A stretch of DNA of 64,000 nt, from the NCBI GenBank assembly GCA_963744995.1, contig CAVUWA010000004.1, positions 192,001 through 256,000 on the forward strand. The letters are read 5' to 3'. Every line of letters starts with the position of its first letter. Positions within the stretch are counted from its first letter, which is position 1. The notes beneath the pieces are model-generated. The model did no database searches and was not told where the DNA came from. It was given only the letters and a program-made list of their open reading frames with translations. The stretch is from Candidatus Eiseniibacteriota bacterium. GTDB lineage: Bacteria; Eisenbacteria; RBG-16-71-46. Made by a program: the position numbers and the translations under genes. Positions 26,741 through 37,153 of the stretch are shown piece after piece.

Positions 26741-29263
26741 ATGTCCGGGCTACGTCGCGCAGGCCCTTCGGTTCTCGCGTCCGCACCTCTCGCAGCCCTG
26801 ATGATCGCGGGCTCCATCCTGATTCCACCTCACGCGGCCCTGGCCTACACGGTCTCCGCGCGGACCGACTACGCGGCGGGCCTGCAGCCGATCGCCTCGA
26901 CGTCCGCCGACATCGACTGGGACGGGGACCAGGACCTCGCGGTCGCCAGCTTCGGCTCGAACAGCGTGAGCGTGCGTCTCAACGACGGCGCCGGCAACTT
27001 CGGGGCCGCGGTCGACTATCCGGTGGGCCTCGGGCCCTACGACGTGGTGTTCACGGACGTGAACGGCGACGGCCGGCCGGACCTGGCGACGGCGAACTAC
27101 TGGGCCGCGACCGTGTCGGTGCTGGTCAACGACGGCGCCGGCGGCTTCCTGCCGAAGGTGGACTACCCCTGCACCGACCTGCCGACCGGGATCGCGACCG
27201 CGGACCTCAACGGCGACGGCAAGTGGGACATCGTCGTCGCGAACTACTGGATCGCCAGGGCATCGGTGCTTCTCAACGACGGTGCCGGCGGGCTCGGCGC
27301 GCCGACGGCGTTCACGACCGGTGCGGGGCCCGAGAACGTCGCGCTGCGTGATCTGGACGGCAACGGCTCGCCCGACCTGGTGACGTGCAACTCCGATGCG
27401 AACTCGGTCTCGGTTCTGATCAACAACGGCGCGGGCGCGTTCGGCCCGAAGACCGACTATCCGACCGGCCAGCTGCCGTACTGCGTCGTGATCGGCGACG
27501 TGGACAACGACGGCGATCAGGACGTGGTGACGGCCAACTACACCGACAGCTCGATCTCGGTGTTCCTGAACGACGGCTCGGGTGCGCTCGGCGCGAAGAA
27601 CGACTTCGCCGCGGGCGCGGGCGCGACGTGGCTGAAGCTCGTGGACGTGGACCTCGACCGCCGGCTCGACGTCGTGGTGTCGGACTACGATGTCGCCGCC
27701 GCCGCGGTGCTGCACGGCGACGGCACGGGCGCCTTCACACTGGCGGGGAACTTCGCCACGGGGGTCGAAGCCTGGGGCATCCACGTCGCCGACTTCAATC
27801 GGGACGGCGTCGTCGACGTGGCCGTCGCGAACTACGGCGCGGGGACGGCGTCGGTGCTGCTCGGCGACCTGCCGGGCGGGTTCGCGGTGGGGGACACCGC
27901 GGTGGCTTTCAAGGCGCTGGACCAGGACGGCAACGAGCGTTCGCTCTCCGAGTTCGCGGGCAAGTGGGTCCTGCTCGATCTGATGGCCTTATGGTGTCCG
28001 CCCTGTAACCAGATGGCCCTCTCGTCGCAGCAGGCGTACGACTCGTGGGTGGGTCATCCCACCGTCAGCTTCGAGTACCTGACCGCCATGGTGCAGGGCG
28101 CAATCGTCGGGCCGAGCACGCAGACGCAGGCACAGAACTGGCGCTGCAGGTACAACCTCTCGCGACCCATTCTGCAGGATGACGGCAAGTATCCGAACAC
28201 GCTGGACTCGTATTTCGAGGGCATCGACGGCACCGCGTTCCCGACGCTGGTGGTGATCGATCCGCAGGGGATCATTCGACAGGTCGTCCTCGGAGCGCTG
28301 GAGGGGCAGGACCTCGTCAACGCCATCGCCTCGCTTGCGGGTGTCGCCGCGCCGCCGCTCGCGCCCACGCCGGCATCGCTGTGCGGGCCGCCGCCGGATC
28401 CCACGCCCGTGGGCGGGGTGAAGTCGGTCTGGGCGCCGCTCTCCTCGGTGTCGTCCATTCAGATTGGCTATGGCGGCTCGACTTCCACGTCGCCGCTCGA
28501 TGGTGCTTACGATCTCGATCCGGTGAGCCGGCTGCTGGAATTCGACCTCTTCGACGTGTCGCCAGGCGGGGTGAACGCCCCCTACGCGCAGATCCAGGCG
28601 CAGGTGGATTCGCTCACCGGCATCGAGTCCATGTTCCTCGCGTTTCTGCGGCTCGACGGGTACGACATCGCCGTGGCGCAGCCCTACACCTTGCGGCTGA
28701 CCGGCATGACCTGGCCCGACGGGCTGGAGCGCATGCTGGTCACGCCCACGAATCCCGTGCTCTTCACCTACTACATCACGAACCACGACATCTCCGGCGA
28801 TCAGACGGCCATCGGCACGCCGCTCACGCCCGCGCTGTCGTATTTCGGCGGCCAGCTCGATATCGACTCGTTCGATCTGTCGACCGTCCCCGGGTTGCAG
28901 CCCGAACCGTGGGCGTGGCTGATCTCGCAGGTGAACTTCGTGCACACGGTGACGCTGGACGTCGCCGGTGGTTCGGTGGCTGCGGGGCGGCTTCGCATGG
29001 GCGCACCGTGGCCGAATCCGGCGGGGTCGGCCACGCAGTTGCGCTGGGCGCTGCCGGTGGCGGCGCGGGCCGAGGTCGAGATCATCGACGTCCAGGGCCG
29101 GCGCGTGCGCCAGCTGTTCGACGGCGTGCGCGAAGCCGGCCCGCAGGTGACGAGCTGGGATCTCACCGATGACGCGGGGCGCCGCGTGCGCAGCGGGGTC
29201 TATTTCGCGCGCGTGCGCGCGGGCGGGGAAGCCGCCGTCACCCGGATCGCCGTGATGAAGTAG
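26741..29263 (+). CDS. Secreted FG-GAP propeller + thioredoxin-like domain + FlgD-Ig C-terminal domain protein
   Basis: Signal peptide, seven DxxxDGxxD-type repeats, a WCPPC TlpA-like domain and a PNP...DVQGRRVR...SGVYF C-terminal domain. Confidence 0.88.
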   Translation: MSGLRRAGPSVLASAPLAALMIAGSILIPPHAALAYTVSARTDYAAGLQPIASTSADIDWDGDQDLAVASFGSNSVSVRLNDGAGNFGAAVDYPVGLGPYDVVFTDVNGDGRPDLATANYWAATVSVLVNDGAGGFLPKVDYPCTDLPTGIATADLNGDGKWDIVVANYWIARASVLLNDGAGGLGAPTAFTTGAGPENVALRDLDGNGSPDLVTCNSDANSVSVLINNGAGAFGPKTDYPTGQLPYCVVIGDVDNDGDQDVVTANYTDSSISVFLNDGSGALGAKNDFAAGAGATWLKLVDVDLDRRLDVVVSDYDVAAAAVLHGDGTGAFTLAGNFATGVEAWGIHVADFNRDGVVDVAVANYGAGTASVLLGDLPGGFAVGDTAVAFKALDQDGNERSLSEFAGKWVLLDLMALWCPPCNQMALSSQQAYDSWVGHPTVSFEYLTAMVQGAIVGPSTQTQAQNWRCRYNLSRPILQDDGKYPNTLDSYFEGIDGTAFPTLVVIDPQGIIRQVVLGALEGQDLVNAIASLAGVAAPPLAPTPASLCGPPPDPTPVGGVKSVWAPLSSVSSIQIGYGGSTSTSPLDGAYDLDPVSRLLEFDLFDVSPGGVNAPYAQIQAQVDSLTGIESMFLAFLRLDGYDIAVAQPYTLRLTGMTWPDGLERMLVTPTNPVLFTYYITNHDISGDQTAIGTPLTPALSYFGGQLDIDSFDLSTVPGLQPEPWAWLISQVNFVHTVTLDVAGGSVAAGRLRMGAPWPNPAGSATQLRWALPVAARAEVEIIDVQGRRVRQLFDGVREAGPQVTSWDLTDDAGRRVRSGVYFARVRAGGEAAVTRIAVMK

Positions 29264-29284
29264 CCGCCGGTCGTCTCGACGGTC

Positions 29285-29321
29285 CGCGGCCGCGGTCATC
29301 GCCCGGGTGACCGCGGCCGCG
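29285..29321. terminator. Hairpin between convergent genes
   Basis: Perfect 14-bp stem CGCGGCCGCGGTCA / TGACCGCGGCCGCG, no strong U-tract. Confidence 0.55.
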
Positions 29322-29362
29322 CCGTCTTCGGGGACGTCATGCGTGACGCCGACCGGTGCTTT

Positions 29363-32023
29363 CTATCGCGCCGGCAGGGCGTTCAGCACGACGGTGATCT
29401 TCGGCGCCGGAGGCGCCCCCGCGGGCAGCAGGTAGAGCATGCGCCGCCCATCGTGGGCGCGCGTCACCCCCGTGAAATCCTTCGGCAGCGCGATGGCGGG
29501 GTGGCCGGGGCCGAGGCGAAACTCGGAACCGGGCAGAATGTCCGCTTCGAACACCGTGTTGGGGGCAGAACTGTCCACGTAGAGCATTCGCTTGCCGTCG
29601 ATCGACCAGATGGCACGTCCGCCACCTCGGGTCGTGACCTGGTACTTGCTCCCTGGAGCAGGGAACGACTGAACGTAGCCTTCGACCTGGCCGGTTTCGT
29701 CGGACTGGTAGGCGAGCCACCGGCCGTCGGGCGACACGTTGCCGTTGGTCTCGTTGAAACGTGTCCGCAGGTAGGGAACGGGCTCGCGCCCCTTCTCCAG
29801 CGGCAGCACCCACAGATCCCACTGGGTCACCGGATCCTGTCGCCCGAACACAAGCGACTTGCCATCCGGCGTCCAGCCGTAGAGGCGCTTGAAGAGCGGA
29901 TCCGATTGGAGGAACGTGTCGGTGCGGTTGCCATCGATCTCCTTCACCTTGAGCACCTGAGGTGAGCCGACGACCAGATACATGTAGGCGATTCGGCTTC
30001 CGTCGGGAGACCAGGTGGGGCTGGTGTTGGCGCCGGTCTCGTCGGTGAACCGCGTCGCCACGCCGCGCTCGAGGTCGGCGATCCAGATGTCCGACTCGTC
30101 GTTCGATTCGTTCCGCACGAGCGCCACGCGCCGGTCATCCGGAGACAGAGCGAGTGTTTCGTAGGGCCCGGGTGGGACCGCGATCCTGCCCAGCTCGCGG
30201 CCCTGGTAGTCCATCCATGCGAGTCGCATGTCGGCCCTGACGGTCGTGACGTAGGCCAGTGCACCGGTGGCCGAGGCCGACACCTGCGGGCCGCCTGTGA
30301 ACTGTGTGAAGGCCGCCTCGTCTCCGAGCGGAGCGGGCTTGCCGCGCAGCTTCAGCCCGCGCGGGTCGAAGTCCTGGGCGACGAGCCTGCCGTTGCGCGC
30401 ATAGAGCAGCCGATCCGGCGGCTGGAAGGTCACGCCACTCGGGGCCGAGATCAGAAGTTTGCGCTCCTCCGACCCCAGTGTGCCGACGTAGGTGTCGATC
30501 TTGCCGTCGCGCGCCGGGAGCACGGAGAACAGGAAGTGCCTGCCGTCGGGGAGGAACTGCGGGAAGCGGTGGGCGGACTCGCCACGCGTCGAATCGAGAG
30601 TGGTCACGGGTTGAAGATCGCCGCCGCTGGCCGGGACCTGGAAGATCCGCCCGTTGGAATTGGGTGCGATCAGGATCACATCCGACGCGCTCCAGCTCCC
30701 GCCGCGCTGAAGCTTGACCGGGCACACGATCACGGGGTTGCCGCCCGTGAGCGCCACGCGCTGGAGCTTCTCCTCGGCGGTGAAGGCGATCTGCCGGCTG
30801 TCGGGTGACCAGAAGAAAGCGCCGTAGACCCGCTCGGTTCCCGCCAACCGCCGGGCCTTCGTATTGTCGAGCGACCGGATCCAGATGCCGGACACACCGC
30901 TCGAATCGAACGCCATGAACGCCAGGGTGCGCCCGTCCGGGGAGACCCGCGTCAGTGCCGCGTCAGGGCTCAGGAACGCACCGTCGGGTTGCATGACCTC
31001 GAAGCGCATCGTGGCGGGCGGCGCCGCGTGATGGAACAGACGCGGCGCCAGCAGCGTCACCGCCGCGGTGATCACCACCGCCGCCGCCACCCGCGCCCAG
31101 CCCACGAGCGCGCGCGGGCCCGCCTGGGCCGCGGCTGCGCGCATCGCCGAGCTGGAGGCGCGCACGGCCTGCACGTCCTCGATCTCGATTCGGGCATCGC
31201 CGATGTCGCGCAGACGGCGGCGGGCGTCCTTCTCGAGGCAGCGGCGCAGCAGGCCGCGGATCCGTTCCGGCGTTCCCGGCGGCAGGGCGTTCCAGTCCGG
31301 CTCGCCCTGCAGGATGCGCGCGATCATGTCCGACACGGTCTCGCCCGAAAACGCCTGCCGCCCGCTCAGGCACTCGTAGAGCAGGCAGCCGAACGACCAG
31401 ATGTCGGCGCGCTTGTCCACGGCGCGGCCGCGCGCCTGCTCGGGGCTCATGTAGGCCGCGGTGCCGAGAATGATGCCGGCGCCCGTGACGGCATGCGTCA
31501 TGGTCGGTGACTGCGACAGGTCGGGCGACGAGTCGCTCGCACTGCCGGCGGCCCCCTTGGCGAGACCGAAGTCGAGCACCTTGACCTCGCCCGCCGGCGT
31601 GACCTTCACGTTGCCCGGCTTGAGATCCCTGTGCACGACGCCGCCTTCGTGCGCCGCATCGAGGGCGGCCGCCACCTGGCGGCAGACGTCGAGCGTGTCG
31701 TCGAGCGACATGGGCCCGCGGGCGAGCCGGTCGGCGATCGTCTCGCCGTCCACGAATTCGAGTGCGAGGAAGCGATGGCCGTCCGCTTCTTCGATCCCGT
31801 AGATGCCGGCGATGTTGGGGTGGTTGAGCGAGGCGATCAGCCGCGCCTCGCGCTCGAAACGGGCGAGGCGTTCCGGGTCGGCGGCGAACGCCTCGGGCAG
31901 CACCTTGATCGCCACGCGCCGGTCGAGCTTCGTGTCGCGCCCGAGGTAGACGACGCCCATGCCGCCGCGTCCGACTTCGCGCTCGATCGGATACTGGCCG
32001 ATGCGTTCCGGGATGCCGGTCAT
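29363..32023 (-). CDS. Hanks-type Ser/Thr kinase with TM helix and PD40 propeller
   Basis: VGRGGMGVV, HRDLKPGN, DFG, YMSPE and SPDG repeats. AAGGAG RBS before ATG 32023. Paralogue of 23385..26084. Confidence 0.95.
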   Translation of the reverse strand: MTGIPERIGQYPIEREVGRGGMGVVYLGRDTKLDRRVAIKVLPEAFAADPERLARFEREARLIASLNHPNIAGIYGIEEADGHRFLALEFVDGETIADRLARGPMSLDDTLDVCRQVAAALDAAHEGGVVHRDLKPGNVKVTPAGEVKVLDFGLAKGAAGSASDSSPDLSQSPTMTHAVTGAGIILGTAAYMSPEQARGRAVDKRADIWSFGCLLYECLSGRQAFSGETVSDMIARILQGEPDWNALPPGTPERIRGLLRRCLEKDARRRLRDIGDARIEIEDVQAVRASSSAMRAAAAQAGPRALVGWARVAAAVVITAAVTLLAPRLFHHAAPPATMRFEVMQPDGAFLSPDAALTRVSPDGRTLAFMAFDSSGVSGIWIRSLDNTKARRLAGTERVYGAFFWSPDSRQIAFTAEEKLQRVALTGGNPVIVCPVKLQRGGSWSASDVILIAPNSNGRIFQVPASGGDLQPVTTLDSTRGESAHRFPQFLPDGRHFLFSVLPARDGKIDTYVGTLGSEERKLLISAPSGVTFQPPDRLLYARNGRLVAQDFDPRGLKLRGKPAPLGDEAAFTQFTGGPQVSASATGALAYVTTVRADMRLAWMDYQGRELGRIAVPPGPYETLALSPDDRRVALVRNESNDESDIWIADLERGVATRFTDETGANTSPTWSPDGSRIAYMYLVVGSPQVLKVKEIDGNRTDTFLQSDPLFKRLYGWTPDGKSLVFGRQDPVTQWDLWVLPLEKGREPVPYLRTRFNETNGNVSPDGRWLAYQSDETGQVEGYVQSFPAPGSKYQVTTRGGGRAIWSIDGKRMLYVDSSAPNTVFEADILPGSEFRLGPGHPAIALPKDFTGVTRAHDGRRMLYLLPAGAPPAPKITVVLNALPAR

Positions 32024-32179
32024 ATGCTCCTTCGGGGGGCCGGGTTGGCAGGGCGTTCGCGCAACGGGCAGTGGAGGCGAGACATTAGTAGAGAAGCGAT
32101 GATAGCGAAAGCCGATTCGAGCCGGCGCAAAGGGCTCGGCAGGCGCCACTCGCACGGCCCGGCGACGCCGGACCCGCCG

Positions 32180-32668
32180 CTACTTTCCGCGCCCCTGCGC
32201 CGTCACGATCGCCCTCAGGGTCTGCGCATATGTCGTGTCGCTCGAATCCGCCGCCGCCACGGCGCGCCGCGCGAACTGCTCGGCTTCGTCGAGCTTGCGG
32301 TCCTGCCGGTAGAGCGCCCAGGCCAGATTGTTCATGGCCTGCGGATCGCCCGGGGCAATGCGCAGCGCGCGGCGGTACTCGCGTTCGGCGGCAGGCCAGC
32401 GTTCGTTCGCGGCCTCGACGTTGCCCAGGTTCACCCGCGCGATCGCCAGATCGGGCTCGAGGCGTAGCGCCCGCCGATACTCCTTCTTCGCGAGTTCCAG
32501 CTTGCCGCTCGACTCGTAGGCGACGCCGAGGTCGTTGTGCTCCTTCGCGGTCAGCGGGTCGTTGAGGATCACGAAGTGGCTGCACGCGCCGCTGCCGCCG
32601 AGCAGCGCGCACAGGGCGGCGATCCCCGCCGTGCGGCGCCAGCGGCCCGGCCGCGGCCGCTGGCTCAC
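32180..32668 (-). CDS. TPR-repeat protein, probable lipoprotein
   Basis: HNDLGVAY, VNLGNV and MNNLAWAL TPR motifs; lipobox-like SGAC. Confidence 0.85.
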   Translation of the reverse strand: MSQRPRPGRWRRTAGIAALCALLGGSGACSHFVILNDPLTAKEHNDLGVAYESSGKLELAKKEYRRALRLEPDLAIARVNLGNVEAANERWPAAEREYRRALRIAPGDPQAMNNLAWALYRQDRKLDEAEQFARRAVAAADSSDTTYAQTLRAIVTAQGRGK

Positions 32669-33174
32669 GGCCGCCTCGCGACGATCAGCGCCAGGAATCC
32701 CGCCTTCCTCCAGCGCGAGACGAGCTCGGACTGCCTCATCTCGCGCGGCTTCGCGCCGCCGTCGTGCAGCACGAACCGTTGCGCGTCGGGTTCCCAGCCG
32801 ACGACCACCGCGAAGTGGCGCTTGCTGAGCGGCCCGAATCCGACGTCGTAGATCACGATCGGCGGCGTGCCGGCCGCGAGCGCGGCGCGCAGCGTGTCGG
32901 CGTCGGCCTCCGCCACGCGCGCGGCGTAGCCGGACGTCTCGGCGGCGCGGGCGAGGTCGGTGATCAGCGCGCCGTGCAGCACCGGGTCGTAGGCGGCATC
33001 GGCCCGCGCGAGCGCGCTGTCGGGCGCGCCGTAGTAGCGCAGCACCATGCCGAGCGCCGCGGGGCCGCAGCGCTCGGGCGCCTGCCGAACGATCGGGACC
33101 GCGAGCCGGATCGGCCGCGGTCCCGCCACCGCCAGGGTCGTGAGCAGCGCGACGCAGGCCGTCGCGAGCGTCAC
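32665..33174 (-). CDS. C39-like cysteine peptidase (PA2778-like)
   Basis: VPIVRQAPERCGPAALGMVLRYYG, HFAVVVG and LHD give a Cys-His-Asp triad. Confidence 0.85.
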   Translation of the reverse strand: MTLATACVALLTTLAVAGPRPIRLAVPIVRQAPERCGPAALGMVLRYYGAPDSALARADAAYDPVLHGALITDLARAAETSGYAARVAEADADTLRAALAAGTPPIVIYDVGFGPLSKRHFAVVVGWEPDAQRFVLHDGGAKPREMRQSELVSRWRKAGFLALIVARRP

Positions 33175-33572
33175 CTGACCACGATCTCCTTGTTCAGGAG
33201 CTTCATGATCAGGATCACCAGCAGCACCACGATGAGCAGCGAGATCAGCAGACCGACACCGTCGCCGCCGCTCGGCAGACCCTTCGAAGCCGACGCCAGC
33301 GTGTGCAGATCCTGGTCGCTCATCGACGCCATGCGCACCTGAACCTGATCGGGGGTGACCCCGTAGTCGGCGAGCTTCTGCACGACGAGCTTGTTTTCGA
33401 GCGCGCGCTGCACGGCGATCATGTCCGCGTCGCGCGGCGATGCGATGGCGGTGGTGCCGGAGAGCCGCGACGACGCCAGGCCCGCAGCAGCGGGGGCGGC
33501 GTGGAGCAGGGAGAACCAGCTCACTACGACCAGCGCCGTGATGAACCGAAGTCGTTTCGGGAACAGGCGCAT
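33171..33572 (-). CDS. PA2779-family protein
   Basis: Signal peptide, V.QKL..YGV....V..R.ASMSD..L, PSGGD and a hydrophobic C-terminus. Directly upstream of the C39 peptidase. Confidence 0.8.
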   Translation of the reverse strand: MRLFPKRLRFITALVVVSWFSLLHAAPAAAGLASSRLSGTTAIASPRDADMIAVQRALENKLVVQKLADYGVTPDQVQVRMASMSDQDLHTLASASKGLPSGGDGVGLLISLLIVVLLVILIMKLLNKEIVVR

Positions 33573-33684
33573 CCCAGACCTCCTTCAGTGGGGGTCGGCG
33601 GAAGACGTCTCGGGGACCCGAGCCTAACCGAGGCGCGGGGATCTGGCCAGTGCGGGCGGCGCGTCCGTGCGCCGAGTCGCCCGC

Positions 33685-34785
33685 CTACGGCCCGAAGTGC
33701 GGAGGCGGGACGTGCGCGGCGAGCACCACGAACTGCAGGGCGAGCGCGGTGAGCACCATGCTCTGCCCGCCGACGCGCGTCGAGCCGGGCCAGGCCGCGA
33801 GGTGCCGCGTCACGCGCTGCATCGAGAGCGGGCCGGCCAGCGCGAGCGCCATGACGCTGAGGACCGCGGCCCCGGGTCCGGCGCCCGCCACCTGCGTCGC
33901 GAGCAGGGCCACGATCAGCAGCCCGCCGCCGATGCAGGTCCACGTGCCGCCGGGCCCCTGCCAGGGCTTCACGGGCAGCGCGAATGCCATGAGCGTGGTG
34001 AGGGCGAGCACGTTGAGCGGTCCGAGCAGCGTCTGACCGATGAAGCGCAACAGTCCGAGCGGCGCGGGGGCCAGCGCGAGAATCACCGCGTCGTAGGTCT
34101 CGAAGTTGTACCAGGGGCCCATGCGCCACGAGAGCAGCACGTGGGCGCCGCCGTAGACGAAGGCGAGGGCGGCCGCGAACGCGAGGGCCTGCGGGCGCCG
34201 GTCGATCGCGAGGTGCGCGAGCACGACCGCAGCGACGGCCAGCGCGGCGCCGTGGGTGAGCGCGGCGACCGACATGAACACCCCCGCGCTGATCGCGCCG
34301 TGCACGCCGTGGCCGCGCAGCAGGGCGTCGCCCCCCGCGAGCAGGAGCAGCAGCATCAGCGGTTCCGGCCGTGCCACGCCGATCCCGCCGCCGAGCAGCC
34401 CATAGCCGGCGAGCAGCAGCCCCGCGCCGGCCATGCCGTACGTCCAGTTCGAGGTCTCGCGCTTGACGATCGCCGCGAGCCACGCGGCCGCCCCGAGCAG
34501 CGCGACCAGCGTGAGCACGCGCGCGGTCGCGAGCGCCGAGCCGAACAGCGCGAGGCCGAGCGCGCCGGCCGCGGGGAGCGCCGGAGCGACGCCGGGAGCC
34601 GGCGTCGCGGCGTCGGTGTAGAAAGGCATGTGCGAATTGATGCGCGCGGCCTGCTCGACCACGACGGTTTCGATCGGCGTGGCGGGGCCGGGCTGCGGGA
34701 TCCGCGTCGCGAACAGGGCGACGAAGGCGCCGAGCACGGCCGCGGCCGCGAACCAGACGATGAAACGGATGGTGGACAAGACCAT
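33685..34785 (-). CDS. Polytopic membrane protein, GT-C/ArnT-like
   Basis: Many TM helices, with ARPEP and LALTH-type loops resembling GT-C glycosyltransferases. Confidence 0.55.
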   Translation of the reverse strand: MVLSTIRFIVWFAAAAVLGAFVALFATRIPQPGPATPIETVVVEQAARINSHMPFYTDAATPAPGVAPALPAAGALGLALFGSALATARVLTLVALLGAAAWLAAIVKRETSNWTYGMAGAGLLLAGYGLLGGGIGVARPEPLMLLLLLAGGDALLRGHGVHGAISAGVFMSVAALTHGAALAVAAVVLAHLAIDRRPQALAFAAALAFVYGGAHVLLSWRMGPWYNFETYDAVILALAPAPLGLLRFIGQTLLGPLNVLALTTLMAFALPVKPWQGPGGTWTCIGGGLLIVALLATQVAGAGPGAAVLSVMALALAGPLSMQRVTRHLAAWPGSTRVGGQSMVLTALALQFVVLAAHVPPPHFGP

Positions 34786-34942
34786 GGAGGTCCCCGAGTG
34801 GTGGAAGAGGGTCGGGTCCTTCCGACGATTCGGGCGGGGCGGCGTGCCCTGAGGGTATCGGCCGGGGCGGGGACGGCCTTGAGGCCGCGGTGGCGGGCCC
34901 GCCGGAGGACCGCCGGGCCTGCGCCGGGCCGGAAAGCGGGAC

Positions 34943-36160
34943 TCAGGAGCGGTCGAACCGGATCTCCCGGATGTCTTCCCACTCCACGTACGCAGGCCGG
35001 GAATCGCCGTCGAAGATCAGCACGCCGTCGTTCTGCCGCGTGACGTCCTGGGAGTCCTCGAGCTCGATGTCGATGCCGCCGCGAAGTCCGACGATCGTGC
35101 GATGGCTTCCCCGCGGGGTGATGCGCTCGATCCGGCGAAACGGAATCAGGTAGCGGGTGTCGCCGTTCCGGCCGTCCAGCATCTCGAAGTCCCAGGCTTC
35201 GTCCAGATCGAAGACGATGCGGCCGCGATGTCGGCCGTCGCGGGCCACCACGACGCCGGTGAGCGGCGCACCCTCGCCGAACTCCTCATAGCCGCGGCCC
35301 GAGACGGGCGCCGGATGCTGGAACGTCACCTCTTCGAAGTCGTTCCATCCGATCCGCACGCTGCCGATTTCCTTCACCTTCACCACCACGCCGCGGTTCT
35401 CGCCGTTCACGTCGTTGCTGCCGGTCAGGTCCATCTCGGATCCGTCGAGCAGCCTGACACGGACGCCGCGCCCGCGTTTGCGGATCGAGGCGATGTCACT
35501 GAACGGAATCGAGACGTCCCCGTCACGATCGTCGCCGTCCAGCTTGTCGATCGACAGGCACTCGTCGTTGTCCCACTGGATGCATCCCGTGAACTCGAAC
35601 CGGTGGGTGCGGACGGTGCCATAGAGGGGCAGGCCGAGCTTGTGTGCGATGTGTTCCGGGGCGGGGGTGAACTCGATGCTGCGGATTCGGTTCCAGCCGA
35701 TCCGCCGCGTGCCGCCGTCGGCGTCGACGACGGTGATGCGCGCGCCGACGTCGTTCGAGCCGCCGCCGAGTGCGATGGTCTTGCCGTTGCGGAACGTGGC
35801 CTCGATCCGGTTCCTGCCGTCCACGTCGATTCGCTTCAGGTCGCCGAAACGGATCTCGAAGACGTGTTCGAAATCATCGTCACGATGCTCGAAGATCCGC
35901 TCCCAGAGTCCCCGGTGATCCCGGCGCAGGCGCTCCAGTTGATCGTCATTCAGGTACTGCACGAAGTCGTTCCGGGTCTTCGTCGCGTTGAACATGTCCT
36001 CCCAGAACGCTTCTTCGTCCCCCCAGCGGAGCTCGCCCTGGTACGTGTCGCCACTCTCGGTGACCACGCGACCATGGATGTAGCCGGTGTCCGAAGCGTG
36101 CGCCGGGGCGACGGTGGCCAGTCCGGCGGCCAGCGCCGTCATCGCGATCAGCCGTTTCAC
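34943..36160 (-). CDS. Secreted hypothetical protein with three internal repeats
   Basis: GTG start with AGGAGG RBS and an AHA signal peptide. Three copies of G.V.......G...(W/F)..(D/E)E ... I.F..I..I ... S(N/Q)DV. Confidence 0.8.
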   Translation of the reverse strand: MKRLIAMTALAAGLATVAPAHASDTGYIHGRVVTESGDTYQGELRWGDEEAFWEDMFNATKTRNDFVQYLNDDQLERLRRDHRGLWERIFEHRDDDFEHVFEIRFGDLKRIDVDGRNRIEATFRNGKTIALGGGSNDVGARITVVDADGGTRRIGWNRIRSIEFTPAPEHIAHKLGLPLYGTVRTHRFEFTGCIQWDNDECLSIDKLDGDDRDGDVSIPFSDIASIRKRGRGVRVRLLDGSEMDLTGSNDVNGENRGVVVKVKEIGSVRIGWNDFEEVTFQHPAPVSGRGYEEFGEGAPLTGVVVARDGRHRGRIVFDLDEAWDFEMLDGRNGDTRYLIPFRRIERITPRGSHRTIVGLRGGIDIELEDSQDVTRQNDGVLIFDGDSRPAYVEWEDIREIRFDRS

Positions 36161-36427
36161 GGTGGTTCCTCCTTGCAGTCCAGTCGGAGAGCGAGTGGAG
36201 CACATCAGGTATCTCGAAACACGCGCCATGAGCCCAAAAAGTTGCAGCTCCGGCCGATCGCATCGTGCGCGCAGGGGCGACCCGGCGGCCCCGGCCGGGC
36301 GCCCGAGCGCAACTCGTTGTCGATCGGGCCACTTCCGCCGCGGGCGCGGCTCGGCTAGCGTGCCCTGCAGACGCGCAGCCGGTTCGGCCGGGCCCGGCCG
36401 ATCCGCCTGCACGCCGCCAGGATCGAC

Positions 36428-37153
36428 ATGCGCCATTCGATGACCACAAAGCCGCCACCCGCGCGGCGGGGACCGCCGCGGCCGGTCGCGCGGCTCGCGG
36501 GGCGCGTGATCCTGTGCGCCCTGGCGGCCGTCGTGGCCGTGCACGTGGCTGCGGCGCTGACCCTCTTCGTTCTGCGCACGCACGACCCGGCGATCACCGC
36601 GCTGCAGATTCAGCGCCGCGTCGAGGCCGCCATGGCGGGGCGCCGCTACGCCGTGCGCCAGACGATCGTTCCCATGCGCCGCATTTCGCGGCACCTCGCC
36701 CACGCGGTGATCGCGGCCGAGGACGGCGGGTTCTTCGCGCATGGCGGGGTCGACTGGGACGAGCTCAGGAACGCGATGGAGGAGAACGAGGGCCGTCGCC
36801 GCTGGCGCGGCGGCTCGACCATCACCCAGCAGCTGGTGAAGAACCTGTTCTACGGCACGCGGCTGCGCTGGGTGACCAAGCCGTTCGACTTCACCCTGGC
36901 GCCGCTGGCGGACATGATCCTCGGCAAGCCACGCACGCTCTACCTGTACCTGAACGTGGTCGAGTGGGGGCCGGGCGTCTACGGCGCCGAGGCGGCGGCG
37001 CGTTTTCACTACCACACGAGCGCCGGACACCTCGCGCGCGACCAGGCGGCGCGGCTGGCGGCGATCCTGCCCGCGCCGCGCCGGCGCAGGCCGCAGGCGA
37101 TGAACCGCTACGCGCACATCATCATGAAACGCATGGCGGGCCGCGGCTGGTAG
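36428..37153 (+). CDS. mtgA: Monofunctional peptidoglycan transglycosylase
   Basis: GT51 motifs AAEDGGFFAHGGVD, GGSTITQQLVKNLF, YLNVVEWG and LAAILPAP, after an N-terminal TM. Confidence 0.92.
   Translation: MRHSMTTKPPPARRGPPRPVARLAGRVILCALAAVVAVHVAAALTLFVLRTHDPAITALQIQRRVEAAMAGRRYAVRQTIVPMRRISRHLAHAVIAAEDGGFFAHGGVDWDELRNAMEENEGRRRWRGGSTITQQLVKNLFYGTRLRWVTKPFDFTLAPLADMILGKPRTLYLYLNVVEWGPGVYGAEAAARFHYHTSAGHLARDQAARLAAILPAPRRRRPQAMNRYAHIIMKRMAGRGW

Noticed and set aside
26900..27870. Repeated GACGGCGAC/AACGACGGC motifs as a CRISPR array or DNA repeat
   Set aside because: They are degenerate coding repeats (FG-GAP), with no identical repeat-spacer structure and no cas genes.
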